From the human T2T-CHM13v2.0 reference genome, Homo sapiens: DNA of 64,000 bases. The stretch lies in the NCBI RefSeq assembly GCF_009914755.1, contig NC_060927.1; one strand, 5' to 3'. Under the pieces are notes generated by a model. It was not told the DNA's origin and did not search any database. It saw nothing but the letters and a program-made list of their open reading frames with translations. The position numbers and the translations under genes were made by a program. Below, piece after piece: positions 54,657 through 64,000 of this stretch (position 1 is the first letter of the stretch; each line of letters starts with the position of its first letter).

Positions 54657-56691
54657 GTAAGAAATGATTGTTGTATATACGTGCCATGTAGGAAGGGGCT
54701 GTTTTAAAGAGCATTTTTAGTGCCTTGTGACTAGGGTCTTCATTTTAGCCTCCAGGCCTGCTATGCTAATGTCTTATACACATATTCTTTTATATTATAG
54801 AAAGGTATTTACTAAACTTTTCTTTTTCTCAAAAATCACAGAGCATAAACTACGTAAGCTAATAGATATAACGAGAAAATACTCATTGTATTTGTTTTAT
54901 TGATAAAAAGATTGATTCAGATACTATGTTAAATTTTTACTAAATTTTCCTGTTTAAAGTATTTGAAATGAAAAGTCTTTAACTAATCAAACGTGAATAA
55001 AAATAGAGTTGAAATGTTTATCAATCTAATTAGTCCTGTGCAGTATAAGAGATATAGAAAGGTCAGACTCATAGCACAGTGTTTGGGTCCTGATGTTGTG
55101 TTTGGGTCCTGGTATTGTGGTTACCAATGTATGCAGTCTCTAGTTACATACTACTTTCATAAGTTTGCATACTATGTGAAAAGTGGTTTAGTTAATACTA
55201 AATCTGCCTTACAGTCTTGACAGCTGTTGGTGTTCATACCCTGGGATTTGGTAACAAAGTCTGTGTTTGCCCCAGTCTTAGAGTTAATATTTTCACGGTC
55301 TTTTATCATAGACTTGGCCTTGGTTTCCTTTTAGGTTGAAATTGAAAAAGTTCTAATGTTTTTATTCTGCATTCATAAAGAAGACTGTCTCTTTGCTTTT
55401 TAAAATTTCATTTTTTAAGCCTTCTTCCATTCTGTTATGACTGAATAGAATAATAAGAGTCACAGTAACTGGGTTGGGGAGAGACTTAAGATATTAGATG
55501 CAAAATTACTATCAGGTTTTCTGTTGTTTTTTTTGAGATGGAGTCTCACTCTGTCACCCAGGCTGTAGTGCAGTGGTGCGATCTCGGCTCACTGCAACCT
55601 CCACCTCCTGGATTCAAGCAATTCTCCTGCCTCAGGCTCCCTCCTGGGATTACAGTCACACACCACCACACCGAGCCAATTTTTGTATTTTTGGTAGAGA
55701 TGGGGTTTCACCATGTTGGCCAGGCTGGTCTTGAACTTCTGGCTTCAAATGATCCACCCACTTCGGCCTCCCAAAGTGCTGGGATTACAGATGTGAGCCC
55801 CAACGCCTGACTTAGGTTTTCTGTTTTATTTAAACTACTTTTCCCTACAGTGCCCTTTATTTTGTTGGCCATTTTGTTGTGGCCTCCATAATACCTTGAC
55901 TTACTCCCTTCAGAAGATACTAATGTCTGGATCTCATCAGTTTCTAAACATTGATCATTCTCTAAACAACTTTTACATGATCTTTTCCCACACTGAAACT
56001 CAGTGGACTCTCTTCAACATATTCAGTGTTCTAGGCATTTCCTGAAAATTAATATTTTCTACCTGATAGATGATACCGGGTTCTTACAACCTGCTGCCCT
56101 TGCTATTTGTTTCCTTTTCTAAATAATTCCTTGGCTGTTAACATTAGCTGCTAGCACTAATTCCTACAAGATTCACTGGCTGCTGTTTCTCTGTCTAGCA
56201 TTAGGCGTGCCACACTTTCGTCATTGTTTGTTCTTTCTCCTAATGGGAAAGGTGTTGCCTTAACTACACTTCTCCATCCTGTGGCATCTGCTTCTTAAAC
56301 ATGACTTCTAATCCCCTTTGGCACACTGTGTCACATCCTGTGCCTTCTGCTGAGTTATAAGCTTTTGTATTTTAGGGCTCGCTTTCCAACCCATTTCTCA
56401 CTTTTCCTCCTTGTGGCCCAAAATTGATACCTGACAGAGAACTTAGAAAATGTGTCCTGTTATTTTTGCTTGTCAAACACTGAAGTTGTAAAGCTAGGCA
56501 TGGTGGCATGCACCTGTAGTCCCAACTATTTGGGAGGCTAAAGCAGGGGGTTCACTTGAGACCAGAATTTGGGGCTTTAGTACACTATGATCATGCTTGT
56601 GAATAGCCACTGCACTCTAGCCTGGGCAACATAGTGAGGCCCTGTCTCAGAAAAAAAAAAAAAAAGACTGAGATTGTTTTCTTATTAACAG

Positions 56692-56833
56692 ATCAGCAAG
56701 GATTTTCACCTAAAGCTCAGAAAGAGCCATGTTTGTTTGCAAACACTGAGAAGTTAAAAGCACAACTCCTGCAAATTCAGACAGAGCTGAATAATTCAAA
56801 GCAAGAATATGAAGAATTCAAAGAACTTACTAG
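56692..56833 (+). CDS. KIF15: KIF15 exon 15 (NQQGFSPKAQKEP...EEFKELT)
   Basis: CAG acceptor, TAG|GTAAAG donor; 142 nt. Confidence 0.93.
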
Positions 56834-57509
56834 GTAAAGTCTAAATACACATGCATGCACACTTATTTTCTTTCAGTGTTCATTTGCTGTAGTGTTAATA
56901 TCGATAATTCAATTGGGCATTTTACTTTAAATATTAAACTCTCATAGCAGCAACTACTTTGACATGAAGAGAAAGAGCATGCTTCTAGCTCTTTACTAAT
57001 ATATTCAATGAACTAGGTAATACAGGTGTTTTAAGCAGTTTTTTCCTGTTGAGAGTCTATTGAACTTGCATAGTAAATTATTTAAATTTAAATTTGATAA
57101 TCAGAGTTGTTAAGACTTTTAGGAAGTATAGGTTTGTTAATATTCCTACTTGATTCTCACTATGTAAAAACAAAGATAAATCACATTCATATTATAACTA
57201 AGATCAATCTTACCCTAAAATATAAACAAATGTTTGGTTCAAAAATGACATATCACATATGGTATAATCATGGACTATTTGTTTGGGCTTTTGAATTTGA
57301 GCCCTACCATTTACTAGTTGAATCCCTTAAACAGTCTCTGAGCTGTAGTTTACTGAACTGGAGAATGATGGGAATAATCTGAGAGAATAGAGAATATCTC
57401 TGATTTAGAGATAACTATAAAGTTATGTGAGAGCATAAACTGTAAAGTATTCTATAAATGTTTGACATTACTTATTACCTGAAATACTCCGTTTTACAAT
57501 ATCTATTAG

Positions 57510-57651
57510 GAAAAGGCAGCTAGAATTGGAATCAGAGCTTCAGTCTTTGCAAAAAGCGAACCTTAATCTTGAAAACCTTTTGGAAGCAACAAAAGCCTGC
57601 AAGCGGCAAGAAGTTTCTCAGCTGAATAAAATTCATGCTGAAACACTTAAG
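57510..57651 (+). CDS. KIF15: KIF15 exon 16 (RKRQLELESELQSLQK...HAETLK)
   Basis: TAG acceptor, AAG|GTAGGT donor; 142 nt. Confidence 0.93.
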
Positions 57652-58330
57652 GTAGGTCATCTGAACAATACCTCCACCTTAAATCAGTGCAATGTCATTT
57701 TATTAATAATGGAGAGAGTCTGCATGGTCTATCTCCAGATGCAGATGACATCCCATGCAGGTAATTAACACCGGTGTCACACTGGTCTTTGGGTTACTGC
57801 TAGCAATCCCACTGATGTATCCCCCCAGTGGTAGGGTGGGGTAGGAAAGAATTCAGCATTTGCAATCAAATTCGAATGTGCCATTAACTTTAGTCAGGGT
57901 TTCCTAACTTCTGAGCCTTATCTTTCTTTTCTCTAAATTGGAAATGAAGGTAATTTACTTGCAGAGTTTTAGAGTACTAAATGAGATAGATAAGCTGCCT
58001 GGTACCTTGTAGATATCAGTAAAATGGCAGCTATTACTACAATATAACATGTCCTCAAAGTTTTCAGTAGAATAGAAACCCTAATGGGCAAAGACCGCTA
58101 AGGGATCACAGGTGCCACTGGAAATAACATGAGAGGGTTTTGTCCTAAATAACCACATCCCTCATAAAAGAAAAAAAAATGTGTGAACAACTGAGAATGA
58201 GGAGAGAGAAAGGAAGTACACAAGGAAAACAAAAGGTTGAGGAGGTGATACTGATTTCAGCTTTTGTATCCAATTTTTTGAAGGTTAAAAAATTTTTTCC
58301 TTAGCTGGGTGTGGTGGTGCAGGCCTGTAG

Positions 58331-58722
<392 letters not shown>

Positions 58723-58880
58723 TAAAAGAAAGAAATAGAGAAGACCGAAAACCTTTCCTTATATGTCTTAGAATATAAATAGATGTTTATTTATAATGAT
58801 TATTTTTAGTAGTGGTGCTTTTTGTGTCACTTAATGGAAGACTACTTGTATTCATTTGAATAGGTAATTTATGTGACTGA

Positions 58881-59163
<283 letters not shown>

Positions 59164-59359
59164 TAGGTGTGAGCCACCGCGCCCAGCCTGTGACTGAAAT
59201 TTTCAAAGGCATTTAGTAGCAAATCTCTTTCCTTCTGTTGTTCTTCCAGCCAACCAAGAACTGGAGGCAATCAGTGTCACCAAGTCAATCAATGTCACCA
59301 AGTATTTTCTCACTTTACACAAATGGTGGCATAACATACACATCATTCTACAGCTTGAG

Positions 59360-59382
59360 GGTGTGTGTGTGTGTGTGTGTGT
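59360..59382. repeat. (GT)n microsatellite
   Basis: About 11 GT units. Confidence 0.93.
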
Positions 59383-60329
59383 TTTAAAGCAATATTTTAG
59401 AGTTTGTCCCATGTCTGCAGGGGAAAAAATGTTCTCCCCCTTTTTGTTTCTGTTTTGATTTTTTATTTGTTTTGGCAGCAGCTCAAGAATGTTATGTGGA
59501 TATATAATGATTTATTCAACCTGGAAAATGCTGGGTTTTTTCCTATACAGGTAGAAATTTAAAAATTATTTTTAAATTTTGATTTATTTTATTTATTTAT
59601 TTTTGGTTTTGTTTTTTAGAGACAGAGTCTTGCTCTGTCACTCAGGCTGGAGTGCAGTGGCATGATCATGGCTCACTGCAGCCTTGAACTCCTGGCTTCA
59701 AGTGATCCTCCTGGAGCCTCAGCCTCCCAGAGCACTAGGATTACAGGTGTGAGCCACCATGCCTGACCAGAATTTTTTTTTACTGTTGCTTTTTAAAAAA
59801 GGTGGTCTTTGAAGTTTTTGTAAGAAATTATTGAAAAATACTTGCAGAATACTGCCAAATGTTTTATAATTCTGTGTCTGTAGCCCCTTAGCACAATGGA
59901 ATTATAGAGCTTGAAGCACCACGGCATTCTCGTCCTACTTCTTCCTTTTATGACTGAGCAAACAGGACTCAGAGGATTAGGTTTGCCAGGAGGGGCATAG
60001 CAATTCAGAGTCTTTGTTGTTGTTTTAGTTGGACAACTACTATATGAATACATTCTCTTTGTTTAAAAGAAAGACACATATTTCAAGTTAAAGTTAAAAT
60101 TCCTTTTCAGCATCACTTCCAATCTGGATCTAATATAATCCTTTGTCCCCACAATCCCTGGAGGTAGTTTAATCCTTTTTCTTAGCATTTTTGTACTGTT
60201 AATATATACAGACTGAGAAAACACATAGAGTTGTTTCCTAGATTGTTTATTGTTTTGCTTTTTTTTTTTTTTTTAAAAAAAAACGGTCATTCTTCATGTG
60301 TTATTCCACAATATGCTTTTGTTAACTCA

Positions 60330-60595
60330 GGGATATGCCTTAGATCTTTCCACATTAACTGGTACCTAGAGCCTCATTTGGATGTGAGGCTCAAGGAATA
60401 TGAGCCTCATACCAGTTAACGTGAGGCTCAAGGGTTATGAGCCTCATACCAGTTAATGTGGAAAGATCCAAGGCATCTCCTTTGAGGGACAGAAGAATTA
60501 TAGAGCTTGAATTATAGAGCTTGAAGCACCATGAGGGATATCCCCTTGGGGGATATGCCTTGGATCTTTCCATATTAACTGGTACCTACCTCATT
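60330..60595. repeat. Complex local direct, inverted and tandem repeat
   Basis: ~39-bp unit at 60330 and 60550, its inverse at 60447-60480, 2x37-bp palindromic tandem at 60384-60457, 2x14-bp tandem at 60495-60522. Confidence 0.9.
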
Positions 60596-61418
60596 TTAAC
60601 CCTAGGTTTCTATGGCTTAAGTAGATGGTTTCCAGTGCGTGCATTCTCTGGGGGTGGATTCCGTTAAAGGAGAAGTGGTCATTTTAGGATGTCTTAGCAT
60701 TTGAGTGAGTCAAGCTGAAGCTCCCTCCTAGTGCCCTGTTCCCGCAGCATAGATGCATAGATGCACTCCTTTCCCAGCACTGTCCGCAGGAACTGGGATT
60801 GTCATGCTTGTTAATGTTTGACCATCTGATGGGTAAAAAATGAGATCTTGTTGTTAAGGTTTTAATTCTCATTTCTCTAATTTCAAATATCTTTTCATAT
60901 GTTCATGTCCATTTGTATATCCTATTCCCTGAAAAGAAAAACTATTGTTTTTTTATATTTTTCTTCAGATTTTGTTTTTATGTAATAAGCATTTGTTTGT
61001 TAGGTGTACTGCCAATATATTCCTCCATCATGTTGCTTGTCTTTCATCTTTGCATGTGATGCTTTTGTTATATAGAAGTTTTATATTTTTGATGTAGCCA
61101 GGTTTATTGACCTTTTATCTTTATGACTTTTTTGCCTTTAATTTTGCTTTACATTGAGGTGTTTGTGTATCCACTGTTTTTCTTTTGAATGGTATGAGAA
61201 AGGGATTTAACTTAAAAAAAGTAATACAGCTAGGCATAGTGGCTCACACCTGTAATCTTAACACTTGGGGAGGCAGAAGCAGGAGGATTGCTTGAATCTA
61301 GGAGTTCAAGACCAGCTTGGGCAACATAGTAAGACCCTACCTCTGCAAAAAAAAAAAAAATTTAAATTAGCCAAGCATGGTGGTGTGCACCTTTGGTCTC
61401 AACTACTCCTGATACCTA

Positions 61419-62160
<742 letters not shown>

Positions 62161-62510
62161 TGATCCTCCCCTTCTCAGCCTCCCACGGTGTTGGGATTAT
62201 AGCCATGAACCACCATGCCTGGCTTGTTCTTTTTAATTGTCTTGTCTCTTCTTGTACATTTATTCTTTGTATGAAAATAGATATCAGCTCATTAAGTTTA
62301 TTTTTAAAAATTGTATTAGAATTTTGCTTGGGACTGCATTGAATTGATAAATTTATTTCCACTTGGGCATTTTTGTACTGTGTCTCAAGGGTACTTTTTC
62401 CTTTCTTTTCATGAATAGTATTTCAATTTTATCCTCTCTATTCACAAAATTATTAAATATGCCCTTTTTAAATATGTGCTAATGTTTTCCATAATCATTT
62501 TTTGCTGCAG

Positions 62511-62708
62511 ATTATAACTACACCAACCAAGGCCTACCAACTTCATTCCCGACCAGTACCAAAATTAAGCCCTGAAATGGGAAGCTTTGGCTCTCTATAC
62601 ACTCAGAATTCTAGCATATTAGATAATGATATATTAAATGAGCCAGTTCCTCCTGAGATGAATGAACAAGCTTTTGAGGCCATTTCTGAAGAGCTTAGAA
62701 CAGTGCAG
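62511..62708 (+). CDS. KIF15: KIF15 exon 17 (IITTPTKAY...EELRTVQ)
   Basis: CAG acceptor, CAG|GTAATG donor; 198 nt. Pro-rich break in the stalk with TPTK and SP motifs. Confidence 0.94.
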
Positions 62709-62892
62709 GTAATGTTTTGTTCTAGAAAAAATAAATAACTGGACATCCATTTAAATACATTTGCTTTGTTATTTTAATTCCCTATAAGTTACAGTGTTCA
62801 AAAGTGCTTAGTATTAAAATCATATCTTTTTAAGTGTGGGTTTATAATCATTCCTAGATTGGAAATCAGCCCACTCTTGCTTTTTGTCTCTA

Positions 62893-63324
<432 letters not shown>

Positions 63325-63846
63325 TTAAAAGAATCTTATTATAGATCAAATTTTAGACAGTTTTTAATATATTTGAAATAATGTGAAATTTGATTATTCC
63401 AGAATTTTTATGGTTTGTTAATTTTTTAAAAAGGTTTTCTACTGTCCAGTAAAAGTTGGAGTGGGCCAGACCACCCCAAACCCCAGTATTTTGTCCTTTC
63501 CAGGCCATGGAGGTAACCGCTTGCAGCCCTGAGGAAGCTTCTTAGAAGTCTCAAGATGGCTCTGTCATGTAATCCAGGATTTTAATTTTAATCACTTCTT
63601 TCCTTTGTATTTCAAAGTGTCTACTTTAATGGACCACAAGTGTAAATCTGAAACATTAGCAATCATTTAGTATATAACCTTTTGATGATGTTTTCTGGCT
63701 CCAAACAGGCCTTTGATACCTTTGTTCATATGAGGTTTTGAATTTGTTTTGTTTTGTTTTGTTGTCTCTTTAATGCAGACGAAATGGTGGAATGTTTGAG
63801 AATTCCATTAAAATAAATTTTGATGACTGAAGTTTTTGTGTTGCAG

Positions 63847-63954
63847 GAACAAATGAGTGCTCTTCAAGCCAAACTGGATGAAGAAGAGCATAAAAACCTA
63901 AAGCTTCAGCAGCATGTTGACAAACTGGAACATCATTCTACCCAAATGCAGGAG
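63847..63954 (+). CDS. KIF15: KIF15 exon 18 (EQMSALQAKLDEEEHKNLKLQQHVDKLEHHSTQMQE); gene continues beyond the window
   Basis: CAG acceptor, GAG|GTGAGA donor; 108 nt. Cumulative CDS 2277 nt = 759 codons with no stop. Confidence 0.93.
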
Positions 63955-64000
63955 GTGAGACCAAGAGCACAGCCTCAGAAAATGTATGAAGTACCCTCAA

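Noticed and set aside
60384-60457. 37-bp palindromic repeats resembling CRISPR repeats
   Set aside because: Only two abutting copies, no spacers, no cas genes, and a primate intron context. Better explained as a local templated duplication.

Overview
Primate (almost certainly human; I recall the locus as 3p21.31) genomic DNA, not prokaryotic. Two genes sit head-to-head on a CpG-rich bidirectional promoter, with their ATGs 256 bp apart. KIAA1143 (minus strand) is complete: 3 coding exons, 154 aa, and a probable ~4.6 kb 3' UTR. KIF15 (kinesin-12, plus strand) is present as coding exons 1-18 (759 codons: motor domain, neck and start of the coiled-coil stalk) and continues beyond the window. All exon junctions were read from the sequence and are GT-AG with consistent phases. 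The rest is repeat-dense: about 50 Alus, Tigger1 and other DNA transposon relics, MaLR LTRs, L1/L2/MIR fragments, a MER51-type ERV remnant (env fragment + LTR) in the KIAA1143 3' UTR, and a two-LTR MER61-type provirus antisense in KIF15 intron 1. Most ORFs in the track are Alu or other repeat artefacts. The main leads are: (1) a p53-type element kept in the provirus 5' LTR but deleted from its 3' LTR, followed by a splice donor pointing toward KIAA1143; (2) a 260-bp multi-palindromic templated insertion at 60.3-60.6 kb and two inverted templated insertions inside old TEs; (3) a series of minus-strand exon-like islands in KIF15 introns; (4) a candidate 9-nt microexon. All are hypotheses. I found no demonstrable new system. 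Repeat family names are from memory of consensus sequences and repeat boundaries are approximate.
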